Of a stretch of 64,000 nt of DNA, positions 1 through 13,490 are shown piece by piece. The notes below the pieces were generated by a model, which was not told the origin of the DNA, ran no database searches, and saw nothing but the letters and a program-made list of their open reading frames with translations. Every line of letters begins with the position of its first letter. Positions within the stretch are counted from its first letter, which is position 1. Location of the stretch: NCBI RefSeq assembly GCF_009834535.1, contig NC_045704.1:39494001-39558000 (forward strand), read 5' to 3'. A program made the translations under genes and the position numbers. This DNA is from Camelus ferus. Its lineage: Eukaryota.

Positions 1-309
1 TACAACATGCCCCCTTCCGAACTGAATGATATTTATTTTGAATATTTATTTGATTCATGGCTCTACCCTTACAGTGCTATTTTGTTGCTGTTGTTGTTGC
101 ACTGAACATCCTATTAAACAACTAGGACAAGTATAATTCATTCATACAACAAATTTACTCTTTCTTGTCAAGGAATACTTAACATCACTCATTGGATTGT
201 TTATTGTCCTTGCAAGACATTTTGGGCACATTATACTACTCTGTCAGTAAGTTTCAATGAAAAGACTCATCTCATTTTAATATTTAAAAAGTACCATTTA
301 GTGTAATTT

Positions 310-3300
310 GAAAACTCCCAACACCCAAGCAGAGGATGACAGTCTTGCTGAGCTTAAGAGACAGAGATGGCTGGAATTTTCAGGAGCAAGTTCCAGAGAG
401 GAGGACTTTATGCAGAAAAAGAGCTTGAAAAATATGGGTAAGGTCCTTTTTGATCCTTAGGTTGAAAAATCAAGCTACATATGCATAGACTGAGACCCCA
501 AAGACCTGGAGACAGAACACTCACTATTAGAGACAGAACACTTACTGTGGAGCTGTTAGCTGAACAACTACCGTAACTACCACAAGGCTTGGAAACGTTT
601 GACTGCTAACTGTTCAGTGGAGAGACATCACTAAATACATAAGTCACTCAGTGGACAAATCAGAAAGGGTACTCATAAGAATAGAGATAAACTAATTATA
701 TGACAATGGCTACTCTAGTATACTCTAGGTTGGTTGGTTTGTTTATTTTAACTAAGCCTCAAACAAATCATGTTAGTCTGAAATTCAATAAATATCTGCC
801 AAACAAAACTCAAGATATAATGAGAACTATCAGAATCTGGAGATCTAACAATAATTAGCCATGGAGTCCAGCATCCCAACAAAATTTCAAGACATGTAAA
901 GAAACAGAAATATACGACTGATAAGAGAAAAAATATCAGTTCATAGCAACCAACATAAAAATGACAGAGTTGCTGATAAACCACTCAAAAATTATAAAAG
1001 CTATTATAAGTATGTTCAAGTATTTAAAGAAAAAACATAAAAATAAGAGAAATAGAAGAATATATTTTTTAAAAATGCATACATGGATATTACATAGCTT
1101 AAAAATGTAAGATCTAAAATCAATTTTGGTTCCTAGGCTTAACAGCAAATTATGTATTAGAGAAACAGAGATCTGTGAACTTGGCACTGCAACAGCCACT
1201 ATCCAAACTACAGCAGAAACATAAAAAAGGCTGCCTCCCCCACCAAAAAAAAGCAACTTTCGGTAACCAGTGGGACAATATCAAGTGGTGTAATATAGGT
1301 ATAATCAAAGACCCAGAAGGAAAAGAGAGCGAGGCAGAGAAAAATAAAGGAAGAATGGTTAAAATGAGAATTTTTTTCACCAGGAGACTTGCGCTGCATG
1401 GTATGTTAAAGGAACTTACTCAGCTTGAAGCAGAATTATTCCACTTAGAAACATAAATCTAGACACAGAAACAAAAAGTGCCAGAAATGACAAAATGTGA
1501 CTGACTGAAAAAATGTGGTAAGATGTGAATAACAAAGATAGTAAAATGTGGATAACTAAAAAAATTTTTTTTTAAATTTCTTTAAATGAAAGTAGACTAA
1601 GTCAAAAATAACTACAGATTGTGGCTTTATAACATGTAAAATAAAATATAAGATAATGGTAGCACAAAGGATGACTCAGGAGAAGACAGAAATATAGTTT
1701 TGTCAGTTTTTAATCATACATGTGAAGTAGTCTACTATTACTTGAAGATAGACTTTGATAAATTAAAGACAAATATTGTAAATCTTAGATGAATGACTAA
1801 AATCATAGTAGCAATCATATCAATAATAAATCTATTTTTAATAGATCAACAGAGGACATAAAATGGAGCTCAAAAATAGTCCATAACCCTAAAGAAGGAA
1901 TTTTAAGGGAAAGAGAGAATGAAACAAGTGAACCAATAAATACAGATTGTTATATGATGGTAGAATTAAACCTAATATTGGCAAATATTACATTAAAATT
2001 ACATAGACTAGTGGGGAGGATATAGTTCAGTGGTAGAGTACATGCCTAGCATGCAAGAGGTCCTGGGTTCAATCCCCAGTACCTCCAGTAAAAAATAAAT
2101 AAGTTAACCCGATTACCTACCCCCCACAACAAAATTAAAAAAAGAAAAAGTAAATTTTTAAAAGTTAAAAAGATTAAATCCTCAAAGTAAAAAGGCAGAC
2201 ATTGTATGACTGGATTAAAAGACTGAATGATTTGCTAACCAAAAAAAAAAAAAAAAGAAAAAGAAAAATCCAACATTATGTGAATTTTAAAGTTATAGAC
2301 ACACAGGTGTTTACAAGTAAAAAGATGGAAAAAAGAAATGAAAAAATATATATATAATGAAAATTCTTATATAAGAGAGTTGGGGTGGCCATATGAATAT
2401 TACAAGGAAAGTACAGCAGTTATATTAGGTAAAAAAAGTAAAACTTAGACCAATAAAACTATCAGTGATATGGAGGACTATTTCTTAATAATGAAAATAT
2501 CAATTCAACAAGTAGATATAATATTCCTAAATATGTATGATCAAATAATATAACTTCAAAATCCATAAAACGAAAAATGATGAAATTGCAAGGAGCAATA
2601 ACAACTTCACCATACTCAGATTTCAACACTCTTCTCTCAGTCATCGATAGAACAAAAATGAGGAACCGGTAAGGCCACAGAATATTGGAACCTGATAGTT
2701 AAAGTCTATTGACTGATTCCATTTAATTGTGATAGAAAACTCTATCCAACAACAGTAAAAAATATTATTTTCACATGTGCAGGGAATATTCACCAAGAGA
2801 GACTATATTCTGGGCTATAACAAAGTCTCAGTGCAAAAGAGTTGAAATGTACAGACATGTTCCCTGATACAAAATAATTAAATTAGAATGCAGTAACAAA
2901 AATACATGCATTATATCACCAACTAGCTAGAAATAAAATGAATCTGTGGGTCAAAAAAAAGTCACAAAGAAAACTAGGATGTATTTGGAACTGAATGAGA
3001 ATGTAAACACAACCCATTAAAATTTGCGGGACGGAGCTAAAGAACTAAGTAAGAGAAAACTGGAGTGTTAGGTGCTTATATTAGACACAAAGAAAAGCTT
3101 AAAATTGGTGATCTAAACTTCCACCTTAAGAAGCTAGAAGAAAGATTGAAGTTCCCTCATTGCCTAGTGCCCCATGTGTGCAAGGGATTGTCTGTAAAGA
3201 AAGATGAGGGAACTTTGTGAGGTGATGAAACTGTGATGGTAGAGACATGGCTGTATACATCTGTCTAACTTTTGGACCTCTGCACTTAAAAAGAGTGTTT

Positions 3301-3345
3301 ATGGTAGGTCAATTATACATCAATAAAAATGACTTTTCAAATCTC
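310..3345 (+). mobile_element. Ancient LINE-1 (L1MC/MD-like): 5' region, ORF1 relic, ORF2 endonuclease relic, large deletion, 3' end
   Basis: ORF 1175-1456 contains QWDNIKWCNIGIIKDPEG, resembling the ORF1p motif WDNIKRSNIRIIGVPEG; 1900-3145 resembles the endonuclease region; 3150-3345 resembles an L1M 3' end with AATAAA. Confidence 0.88.
2013..2150 (+). mobile_element. Vic-1-type camelid SINE (tRNA-Ala-derived) inserted in L1
   Basis: GGGGAGGATATAGTTCAGTGGTAGAG (A box)...GGTTCAATCCC (B box)...ACCTCCA, then the A-rich/GATTACCTACCCCCC tail and an A-rich end. Confidence 0.9.
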
Positions 3346-5289
3346 CTAACATTTAATTTAAAACATCTGCCTTCCCGAGGCTTGATTTTACTTCAGGCTT
3401 GGAAGGCAGCCTTCCAAAAGTAGGATATAAATTGTCTTCTCTCTCTCTCTTACTTCCTGTTTCAGTCAGAAATCTCCTATACCTAATTCTGTCCTCCCCA
3501 TGACCTGTCCCAGAGAATCCACAAATCAAAGAAAAGGGTGTGATCTTGCATGTAAGATAGCTACAACCTGTCACTGATGCCTTACGGGAAGGAGATATAA
3601 AGGGCTAGTACGTTTACTTACTGGGATTTTTCATGTGTTCTTCACTATCCCACTGGCAACCTCCAGCTTCAGCTCACTGGATGCAAAATTTTTGTCCCTA
3701 AAAGTCTCCAGCTCAGCTCTTAGGTGTATCTTTTCGGGTCGCTCAGTCTTTCTAGGACTGTTTTTTTTCTTTTTCTTTTTTAAAGATGATCCCACATTCA
3801 GATGCTACAGTATACAAATTACAAAGTGGCAACGCATATCAGTAAATAAATGAAAATAACTCCCAATCCTGGCAAATTAGAAATTTAATTGGCTCTAGAA
3901 ATGTAGTTGGGATGAAATTTTAGCCTCAGTATCAGTACATCTAGTCATTATTTTGAGTTGATAGAATTATTCTAAAATGTTTGTGCTGGTGATGCTGGCA
4001 CAACATTGTAAATTTACTAAATACCATTAAATTATACCATGAAATAAGTGAGTTTTATGAAATGTAATGTATTTCTCAGAAAGCTATTTACAACTTTGAA
4101 AAGTAAAAATAATATTGTCACATTTATGTTGGTATTCATATGGGAGAGCTGTGTACCCTTTAAAGATTGGAAGAGTAGTTGCAAATCCAGCATCATGACC
4201 TTCAGGCCAAAGCACTGAATGTTCCTTTGAGCAATACTGTGCATGGATTGACAGCTGACAAAATTCGGCTCCTAAAATTAGGAGAGTCACATATGGTAAT
4301 CTGGATGATCCAAACAGTATGTATAATGCTTTGCAAAAGCTAGAAACCTTCACTGAGTCTCTGAAAAATAATCTCTCCAAGTAAAGAAGGATACGCTTCT
4401 GAAGATAGTCCACATTTTGAAAAATAGATACTCACACTACTCAATAAGTAGATCCTGCTGTTTAACTTGCCTTTCTATTACAGAAAAGAGCTTACTCAAT
4501 CTTTTGTGTGTGTGGAAAGTGAAATCTGAGCCAATCTTCTGAAGAGTTACAACATTTTCCTTTTATAAGAAGCCATTTAAGACTAAAAACAATTTCTGTG
4601 GACATTTAACAGCTCATTAATTTTTAGTGATCAGAAGCAATGAGAGTTTATTTATTAGGAAAAATAGTAATTTTGTTTTTTTCTTAATTTGAGATAGAAA
4701 ATATTAAAAATCTAAGGAGGAATGAAACTGGTCCAAAAAGACTCCCAAGAGATGTAATATGTGGATTTTCTGCTAATTGCTCTGCATTCTTACGTTTAAG
4801 CACTCATTTGCCAAGATCTCAATACCCACAGCAGTATGTAGAAGTAATGCTTTAAATTCTTGTGTTACTTTTGTTACCATGTTTTTGCAATTGAATGTTT
4901 TCCAGTTTTTAAAAAATTTCTTCTTACTATGTATCCAGTTAAATCCTCCAGTTTATGACAGTCATGGTGTTTTTCCTCAATTACTCTTCTCCCTGCCCCA
5001 TATCCCTTATATTAAAGGTGAAGACATTTTTGAAAAAAAACACAGCACTTGTAAATTCTTGTTCCTGTCCAATAAGCCAATGGAACATCTGGAATGATCC
5101 TGTTTAAATTTTGGAACAATGATTGACCGTCCGTGTACAGACTGAAATGGATGGTTTGCCAGTGGCAATTCAAAGTGAAGGTGAGTGGTAGGTTTTAACA
5201 TTTCCCAGTAATAACTAGTTCTACATTAAACTGTTTCATCTATATCTACACAAAGTTGTTCCATTAAAAAAGTGCCTAGATAGAATATA

Positions 5290-5500
5290 CTAAAATATTG
5301 ATAGATGAATGATACCATATCTGGGGCTTGCTTCAGAGAAGTGTTAAGCCGGGGAACGTGGTGAGGAAGCACATGAAATAAGATTGGCAAAAGCTGACAG
5401 TTTTTGAAATGTCAGATATGGGTATGTGGAGTTCAATACGATGGTTTGTCTACTTTTATATACTTTTGACATTTTCCATATGAAATATTAAAAAGAATAA
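5290..5500 (+). mobile_element. L1ME-type 3' end fragment
   Basis: ATATCTGGGGCTTGCTTCAG...ATAAGATTGGC...TTTTCCAT...ATTAAAAAG resembles the recalled L1ME 3' UTR. Confidence 0.7.
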
Positions 5501-5514
5501 TAACCTAATAGTTA

Positions 5515-5700
5515 TTTTCTAATTCCATCTTTGCTTTTTAGTAGCTTTGTGGACTTAGGCAAGACGTCCTACCTCCTCGGATCTCTATTCTGTCATTGAA
5601 TAATGCCGGAATAAGACACAACCTGGAAAAGTATTAGAAAGAGTAGAGGTGGTACTATACAAGTGAAAACTATAGCACAGTACGAACTCTAAAGTCAGTA
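5515..5700 (+). mobile_element. MIR relic
   Basis: TAGCTTTGTGGACTTAGGCAAG core-like segment. Confidence 0.55.
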
Positions 5701-6547
5701 AATGGTAGACATGATTTAATTTATGGACGTTTAGAAGGAGGCATTTATACTTTTAAATGAGAATTTGATGACACAATATATGTAGATTCCCCAAATACAG
5801 TGTCATGCTCATAGTAGTCATTGAAGTATACATTTGAATTCCCGGCACTCTGGCATATTCTAACCAGTCACAATCAAGGATTGTCTGACAAGCATATAAA
5901 AAGAGGCCCTTACAAGTACATTATCTGGGCTCTCTAAAAGTATTAAGGACACTGGAGTATCATTAAGTACTCATCTAGAGGTGCTGGGGCTAGATACTCA
6001 TTTCCTCGTTTGTTGTGTTCATTGTTATCTTTGTAGAGTTCACCGTCCCAGATTTCTCACTGTCCTCCCATTAAGGGCCTTACAGATGGAAAGATTCTGA
6101 AATCCATTTGAGCTTCTCGCTGCTCAGCTGCAATTTCCCTCTAAAAGGCATTATTTTAATCATTCTCATCAGCTGTGAGGAAAGGCAGGCCCTGTATTTG
6201 GTAATTCTAGAAAAGTGGAACACAGAACAAAGAGCTCTTTGAGACTACCTTCCCTCCAGAATTAGCTCACCACCCATGGTGTTCCAGAGATGGCTTCTTT
6301 TTTTATTGTCTTTCTCTCTTACTTTTGCACAAATACATGGGGTTTAATGGATATGGCATGAGTGACGATACTGAGATATTAGGCAGTCGTACTTTCTTCA
6401 AAACTTGAGATCAGTTATACCTTCTTGTCTTTCCTGGGTTAGAAGACTAGGTTAGGAAATAGAACTAAAACCAATAAGGAAATAATTATTACAATGCGAT
6501 GATAGAGTGCGTATAAATCACTCTGTTGCTGAAGCTCCAGTTATGCG

Positions 6548-6900
6548 CTCTCATTCAGCCATTCACCAGGTATTGAGAAGAACTCGGCAAAAGTTCTTCT
6601 ATAGACTGGGCATAGATATGGCAATAAAATGGTTCAGATGCTTTCACGGAGTTTATAATCTAGTGGGAGGCATAGGTAAACAACAATCATAACAAATGTA
6701 GAGATCACACATGTATTTCATTAACTATATTGGGGGGTAATTAGGTTCATTTAATGATTTATTTGATGGAGGTACTGGGGATTGAATCTGGGACCTTGTG
6801 CATGCTAAGCATGCAGTCTACCACTTGAGCTGTACCGTTCCTCCTCATTAACTATATTTTTTGCATGTGCTGTGTAAGAAGTAAGCCAGGTAGCATTGAG
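6548..6900 (-). mobile_element. L2 3' end, interrupted by a Vic-1 SINE
   Basis: CATTCAGCCATTCACC...GGAGTTTATAATCTAGTGGGAGG resembles the reverse-complemented L2 tail. Confidence 0.6.
6732..6844 (-). mobile_element. Vic-1-type SINE with 14-bp target-site duplication
   Basis: Minus strand GGAGGAACGGTACAGCTCAAGTGGTAGA...GCTTAGCATGC...GATTCAATCCCCAGTACCTCCA; TSD TCATTAACTATATT at 6718-6731 and 6845-6858. Confidence 0.92.
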
Positions 6901-6934
6901 GGTCTCTATCAAGGGGCCGTAAAGCCAACCCAGA

Positions 6935-7465
6935 GCCTAACGCATCACTGAGACTGCGCTAATTATTTGACTGCTGGCACTCAGGTCCATCTCCTGATGG
7001 TCCAGTCCTCGGCTCTGTACTGTGGGATGTGCTGATCTAACAGCTCCTGTGTCATGCAGCATTTGCTGGATGCAGCTAATGGGACACACTAGCCAGAGAC
7101 AGAGGACTGGAGAAAAGGAACCTCCAAGTTATGTTATTCATCTCCCTTCTTCTCTACCTCAAGGGGCATTTCTGTAGCAGCTGAACTTCCCCAGTGGCTT
7201 CAGCCCCCACCTCCTTTCATTTGGCCTCTTGTGATTCTGACTTTTCTAGCAAACTCCAGACCGACCATGGGCTCCAGTAATTCTGCATCTTCTCTTTTCT
7301 CTCTTTGCTTAGGGGCGGTCGAAACTTCTTTAGGTTGCCTCCCTGTGCCCCATTTGGTTTCTCAGCATCTTCCATCATCTTTGTAACCACTGTCTTGCAT
7401 TAAATTTCCTGTTTTAAATACTCAGAGTGGTTTCTGTTGTTTTAGTAGGTCCTTAGTCAATACAA
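6935..7465 (+). mobile_element. ERVL solo LTR (LTR16/LTR33-like)
   Basis: 3' end TGTAACCACTG...ATTAAATTTCCTG...AGAGTGGTTTCTGTT...CAATACA resembles this class. Confidence 0.65.
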
Positions 7466-7629
7466 TATTTTGAATTGACAGCAGAGAGAATTTGAAAGCA
7501 AAGAATTTGTTTTTTCTATAGGAAACTATCTGGAAAAAAAAAAAACCTACAACTTACATACAAATTAGTTTGGATAGCAGAAGAACTGGGTGTGAGAGCT
7601 TGGCCAGTGAGGTATCAGAGAAAGGGGAA

Positions 7630-7940
7630 AATTGCTATGGAGAAAAATAAAGCAGGTTAGGGGAACTGAGGAGGAGAGGAGAGAAAAACATGCTCAGGGA
7701 AGGCCTGACTCTCTTGTGACATTTGAGCAGATTTGAGGCAGATGGTGAATGAGTCCATCCTTCAGATATTTGGTGTGGTGTGGGGAGAGGGGAGTGTCAA
7801 GAGAGGGAATAGTTAAGTTCAGAGACCCTGAGGGGAGGATGCCTATGATGAGTTCAATGAGTTCAACAGGAAGGAAGCTGTTGCGCCCGGCGGCAGAGCG
7901 GGGTGGTACCTGCAGAGAAGTGGATCAAGGCTGGAGTAAA
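7630..7940 (-). mobile_element. L2 fragment (probable continuation of 6548-6900)
   Basis: GCTATGGAGAAAAATAAAGCAGG...CAGGGAAGGCCT...GTGACATTTGAGCAGA. Confidence 0.7.
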
Positions 7941-8009
7941 AGGAGAAGAAATCAAACAGATAAAGAAGGGATTTTATGTTTACTTTCACAGAGTTGTTCT
8001 AAGACTTTA

Positions 8010-8150
8010 AAACACTGAAATTTCAGTTTCCTTTTATATGAAATGGGGACAGTAATATTTACTTCTCAGGCTAATAGTGAGGATGTCACGATATAGAGTA
8101 GACAAAGTGCTTAATGCAGACCAGACACATAATAATGATGTCAATTTTTA
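8010..8150 (+). mobile_element. MIR relic
   Basis: TTTCAGTTTCC...AAATGGGGACAGTAAT...GTGAGGAT. Confidence 0.6.
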
Positions 8151-8349
8151 AATTATCATCATCATCATCATCACTGCCTTTTTTGGGTTTTCTCTTCCCT
8201 CGGTTCTGAGTTTGCCTCACTTCACACATACTGCCCTTGGAGGAGGACTGTTGACTTTTAGGGCAGAGTCAGTGGCTCTAAATCAAAGCAGAACTTGCTC
8301 TCTCACCTGAGAATGAGACTAACTTAATGGATTACTACTGTGTTCATCA

Positions 8350-8465
8350 GAGGTAAATGGTCAATTCCTTTGAGGGCAGAGGTTGTGTTTTCCATGACTT
8401 TATATCTGAAGAATCTAGCACGGAGACTATAGGAAAGCCTTAATGTTTGTGGAATGAAAAATGAA
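8350..8465 (+). mobile_element. L2 3' end
   Basis: CCTTTGAGGGCAGAGG...CTAGCAC...TGTTTGTGGAATGAA. Confidence 0.6.
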
Positions 8466-9749
8466 GGTTCTCAACCACCCAGGTTATCTCCTTTGGGGAA
8501 AATAATTAAATGTGAAGTTGCCAGCCTTCACTCATACATAACTGAAGAAAAAAGCCTTATTCATGTTGGGATATTTCTAGGCCAGTGAATCTGATTTCTT
8601 AAAACCAAAGTAAAGCCACATCTATAAACAAAGACAGTCTGAATGTTTAGACAATTATTCTAATAATGATCACTATTTATGCAAGAATGCTTCCATTCTT
8701 CTTACTCCATTTTCATGATAGCAGGATTTTTTTTGCCTGAATTAATCATTTTCCAAATTTATTAGTCACCTACTCTGTACAAGGCACCGTTCCCAGTACT
8801 GATTGCCTCAATTATTCATTTGATTTTGCCTGTGAAAATAAAGCCAAAGAGATATTGAAAATCCACTTTCTCATTCCAAAGTCCTTATTTAAAAAATCAG
8901 CAGTTGGTTTGTGTTCAAGTGTTACTTTGTAAGTGCCCCTCATCTGGTTCCTTTAATTCTGGTCCACGCGCTTTTAATATGTTCAGATCAGTAGCTATTC
9001 CTGCTGTGTAACCTTCCACCTACCTACCTCGGGTCCGTCGCCAGTCTTCTACAGGCTTTTAAGCTCTCTGCAGAAAGATCAAATCATTAATGGTATTAAA
9101 GATGTCGCAGTAAAATTGTTATCTATGCTGGAAATGTTACTTGAGTGAAGAAAAGGAGAAATTTTTAATTGGAAGTCTTGCAGCTGGAAACCTTGGCAGG
9201 GCTGGGGGTTTGTGTTTCTTTTTATTTATTGGAGTTAATGTATTTTAGTTTAGGCAGCATGTGTTTGGAAATTACAAGGACATGTCTGCATCTTGTAGGT
9301 GTCCTTTTGAGGTTTAAAAGCAGAATCTATGCTTAACCAAGTAGCTTCTGAAACGAATGAATAAAAAGTTTCTTAACAGGGGCCAGACAGTTTTGAAGAG
9401 AGCAGCAACAGTAGGTTTTTATGAAGGGTCCTGCAGACCAGCTCCCCAGCTTCCTACCCATAAATTGTATGCAAATTACATAATGTCTTTTCCCTCAGTA
9501 CAGTACACTTTGAAATGGTATTGCAATTCTTTCCTTAAATGTTCTGATAGATCAAATGAATCACTGAACACTATACCTAGTTTACAATGGATTAATTTTA
9601 GTCTGACTTCTTTTCCCTCTTCCTTTCACGCTGCAATGGAAAGGGGATGAGATATGATTGTGAATGAAATTTGGGATTCTCAGTCCTCCCTCCATTTTGA
9701 AGCCAAAAAGTTGTCACAAATTCCATAGAGTTCATAAATATCATGTCCG

Positions 9750-9930
9750 CATTTAACATGCACCGTACATATACAGATTTTATTCAACAATCTTCACTAG
9801 AAATGAAGGTATGATGCACCCATTGTATAGATCAGGACTCCGAGGCTCAGTCTAAGTAACTTTCTACAAATCATTCTGTTCTTCGGCAGCAGCTCTGAGC
9901 ATCTGGGATTCCTGACACGAAAGTCTGTTC
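9750..9930 (-). mobile_element. MIR relic
   Basis: CCCATTGTATAGATCAGGACTCCGAGGCTCAG. Confidence 0.6.
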
Positions 9931-10099
9931 TCGTGAGTTTAAGGGACATTATGAAGGTCTTGACGATTGTCACGAAGAGGACACTATAAATTTAAACACC
10001 CTTCAAGATGATTTCATGCTTAGAACTTCTTTAGCTCTCACACAAACCTTCCCACCAGGAGTTATTATCCTAATCTTACACTATAAGAAACACTTATTA

Positions 10100-10350
10100 G
10101 CACAATGTTTTTGCTTGTGCGTTCTGGAGTCAGACTGCTTGGGTTTAACTCTGGCCTTGCATTTATTAATTAAGTGCCTTGGGCAAGTTGCTTAACCCCT
10201 GTGTGTTTCAGTTTTGTCATCTGCAAAATGGAGAAAATAACAGTACTAGCCTAAGTGAATTCTAATGAGTTTTATTGAATTTGTATAATTGATAAGCTAG
10301 GAACTGTGGTGAGTCTTTCTAAGCTTCATCTCATTTAGCTATTATCATAT
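10100..10350 (+). mobile_element. MIR, near full length
   Basis: CTGGAGTCAGACTGCTTGGGTT...CTTGGGCAAGTTGCTTAACC...CATCTGCAAAATGGAG. Confidence 0.85.
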
Positions 10351-11709
10351 TCATTTTTATCATATACTGTTTCAGTTGGCTCCCATCTCTTACAGTGAGG
10401 AAAATCATCAGCCTCTTTGGCAAATGAGAATTCCAAGGGTGAAGACAGAGGAATAACTCATCCCATAAAACTGGCGTAGAGAAGAGGGCCTCCTATCTGC
10501 ATCTCTCTGTCCCCAGAACTCGTATTCTAAATACTTTGAAATCTCTTCTCAGAAGGAACTTTCAGATTATTCTGGGCCAGTAGAGGAAGAAGTGGGAGAG
10601 GGGCCCTACCTCTTCACGTTGTCTTACTCCTTTCATTATGTCACGTGCCAGTGTTACCGCCGTCATTCCAACCCCTCTGCCAGAGCAGCTAATCCGTACC
10701 TGTTCATTCAGATCAGATGCAAGCCAAGGATGTAATTACTGCATGTGTGCCCCTGGAAACTCTGACGAAAGACCCCAGCTTTCTCTACCTGTGAATATAA
10801 GGACTCAAGGCAGGTATGGGCAGCTATTCTCTCTAAGCCTCTAACCTCCTGCTGGGCTCAGATTTGTCTGCAAAGCAGTTTGTTTTCAAAAGAGTTTACA
10901 AAGGAAGAGTTTTGCTCCTTTTTCGAGTGCTTCCTTTTTCATGGTGGTGGGCCACTGAGCAGTTGGCGGAAATGAAATGCACTTGCTGTCTGGGATACCC
11001 CCAAACGCAGCGATCCTGAGCTCTGAAGGTAACTGTTAGTACCCCCTTGTGGTTTGGGTTTCTGCAGAGTGATCCCACTGAGATGACAGTGGGGATGTGA
11101 AGATTTGAACAGGGTGATTCCCCTCCGCTCTCTCCCCAGCTAGGGAATACTGTGTACTGAGGGACCTCAGGTTGATTGACAGAGAGAAAAATGCAACCCA
11201 TTGAAAAAGAGCATTTTTCTCTCTTTCTGCCTTTTTTGTGGATGGGCCACCCTTAACATCAATTCAGATGGTCCTTATCATCTTCAAAGTGAAGTTTTCA
11301 AAAGCATAAAAAATCCCAAACCCGTTCTATCCCTAAATATTATTCAGCCAAAGCCCTACAGTGGGTTTAGGACTGACGATCGGGGAAGCAGGGGCATGTT
11401 GACTGGACAAGAGGACTACTTTCTGTGAGCTTATGTTTACTTTTAATTCCAAGTATTGCCTGCCTCTTTCAACTACAAGTCATGCACTTCGAATGTCTGC
11501 AGTTTTTAGCAGCCTGAGTATAGAACCCAAGGGGTGAAAAACATAAGGCGGGGGGGGGGGGGTGGCGTGGCAGGGTAGAGGGAGCTTCATTGGAACATAG
11601 ATTGGCAGGTTGTTCCAAAATGTAGAGGTGAGATCCTCCACTTCATTTGACAGTTTAAGAAACCAGCATCCTCTCTGTTCCCGAAACAAGATTCCACTAT
11701 GAGACACAA

Positions 11710-11910
11710 AGGGCTTTAGAATCAGTTTTTGGGATTTGAATCTTATCTTTTCTGTGACCTTCAAAAAGCCCCTTCACATCACTCAACTTCAGTTTCTACA
11801 TATGTAAAATGGAGAAAGGAATACCTCTTTTTTAGGTATTGTCATAAAGCTAAAATGAGATAAAATATATAAAGTTCCTGGTCCATAAGAGGCACACAAT
11901 TAATGCTAGC
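11710..11910 (+). mobile_element. MIR
   Basis: CTTCAGTTTCTACATATGTAAAATGGAG...AAATGAGATAA. Confidence 0.75.
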
Positions 11911-12254
11911 CAAACTCTACGCCAAGCCCCATTTTCTTCCTTGAACGCCCCCCTAACCCCAGCACACAGACTTGGAATTCTTAACAGCATTTAATTACCA
12001 CTTACTAGCTTTGTGATTTTGGGCAATTACTTAATCTCAACCTCACTGAGCCTTATATATACAGCTCAAAAATGATCTCTGCATGGACATTTGCTGGGGG
12101 ACAGACAAGGCAAGGAGAGTGAAACCACTGCTCTGTAAGCCAAGAAGCAATAATTACTATGTTTTTATTATGACTGTAAGATTTTTTTGGCTTTAATTGT
12201 AATAATAATAGCCAGGAATCTGATACAGAGAAAACATTTCTTGAGTGCTCCTGA

Positions 12255-12445
12255 AGATTTTTATAAGCATATATCAACAATTCTGTGAAGACAATTTAAC
12301 TAATATGCTTTTATTTTTCCAGATAAAGACAGTTTTAGAGAGTTTAACTAACTTGCCCACAGTCACATCACTAACATACGTTACATCTGAGATACAACAA
12401 TCTAACTATGCCCTAAAAGCCACTAATCTAGACTGCCTTCCACTT
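12255..12445 (-). mobile_element. MIR
   Basis: AGAGAGTTTAACTAACTTGCCCACAGTCACA. Confidence 0.7.
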
Positions 12446-13490
12446 TCTAGGAATCTGAATTTCATATTAGTTATCCAGTTAAACTATGGCTGTCTATGTC
12501 TGCATTCTTAATGCCATTCCACTGGAGTTGACACCTTCAGGATGTATACGATCAAGGAAGTATGCTGGATGTATGTTGAATAATGGGTCGTAGGGGATTT
12601 ATATTGGCATTGTGGCGGTACAGTGTCCATATTCTGAAGATGATCACGTTACCTGGGTCAGGTGGGTCTCTGAAGTAGCTATCTAACTCTTGGAGGCATT
12701 ATTGAGAAGGAGGCATAAAGACAGATTCTAAAGGTTAATACTGCTTCTCCCTCTTGTCTTGAACGTTGCATTCTTTATTGATCCTTGTTGCAATTCTGTC
12801 ACTACTGGCTTTCTGAAACCTTGGAATAACTTGGCACAGTGGTGGCAAGTTCTAACCCCCCTCACCCTCATGAAATGAGTTTTCTCACACTTACAGATGA
12901 TCCTAAAATGGTCTCTCTCATCTATAAAAGCTCTCCTATTACACGTGAGCAAAACGAGGTTTGAAAGAACACCATTTTCATCAATATGCATGATACAATC
13001 TTCAGAGTTTGGTCAGTGTTTGCAGGAATGGGAATTGTGAAATATTCATGCACCTTCGATAAGCACACGCACCTTTACAGTTGCTATCGATTAAACGTTT
13101 GAAATAAATCTCTCAGCTTTCTGGTCTTTTCATTCGGTTTATTTTTTTCCTATGCCAAGTAACATGTTCATTAATAGGACCATATGTTTATTCTAAGATC
13201 ATTGTCTAATCTAAGAAAATGCAGAGGTAGACTGGATATATCTACATAACTCATATTTGGAATCGCTGGGATTTTTTTTTTCTAACAGTTTATTATATGT
13301 GAGTGGCTCCTCCTATAAGGTTAATTGTTGTATACAGAATCATTGTAAGAATTACCTCCTTCTAATGTTACAGCCTTCATCAGTAGTTTTTCAAAATCTC
13401 CCTAGGTCTCTGTCCAGCATCATTGTTAGTCATTAATGCCTACATGCACCCTCACAATATAGTCTAGTACTGCCAATGAGATTATAGTTC

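Noticed and set aside
509-546. 21-bp-period local duplications (also 43685-43718, about 28910-28940 and about 32555-32577)
   Set aside because: Ordinary slippage or microduplication events with no evident function.
2013-2087. tRNA-Ala(AGC)-like gene (also 6770-6844, minus)
   Set aside because: Carries the SINE 3' tail and non-tRNA stems, and one copy has a TSD; these are Vic-1 SINEs, not tRNA genes.
3399-3417. TTGGAAGGC-A-GCCTTCCAA inverted repeat; also 8-9 bp hairpins at about 14062, 20279, 22709 and 62399
   Set aside because: Arms of 8-9 bp are expected by chance, and they are too short for pre-miRNA hairpins.
8307-8426. Cryptic CDH8 exon (CAG|GTGAGA donor with L2-derived acceptor); also the AAG|GTAAGT donor at about 20094
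   Set aside because: Pseudo-exon signals are abundant in long introns and the acceptors are weak.
11173-11182. Perfect PBX-MEIS decamer TGATTGACAG
   Set aside because: Single isolated hit (rough expectation about 0.15 per window) and many motifs were scanned.
11550-11562. G13 run as a G-quadruplex
   Set aside because: A simple homopolymer on the template strand without a multi-tract context.
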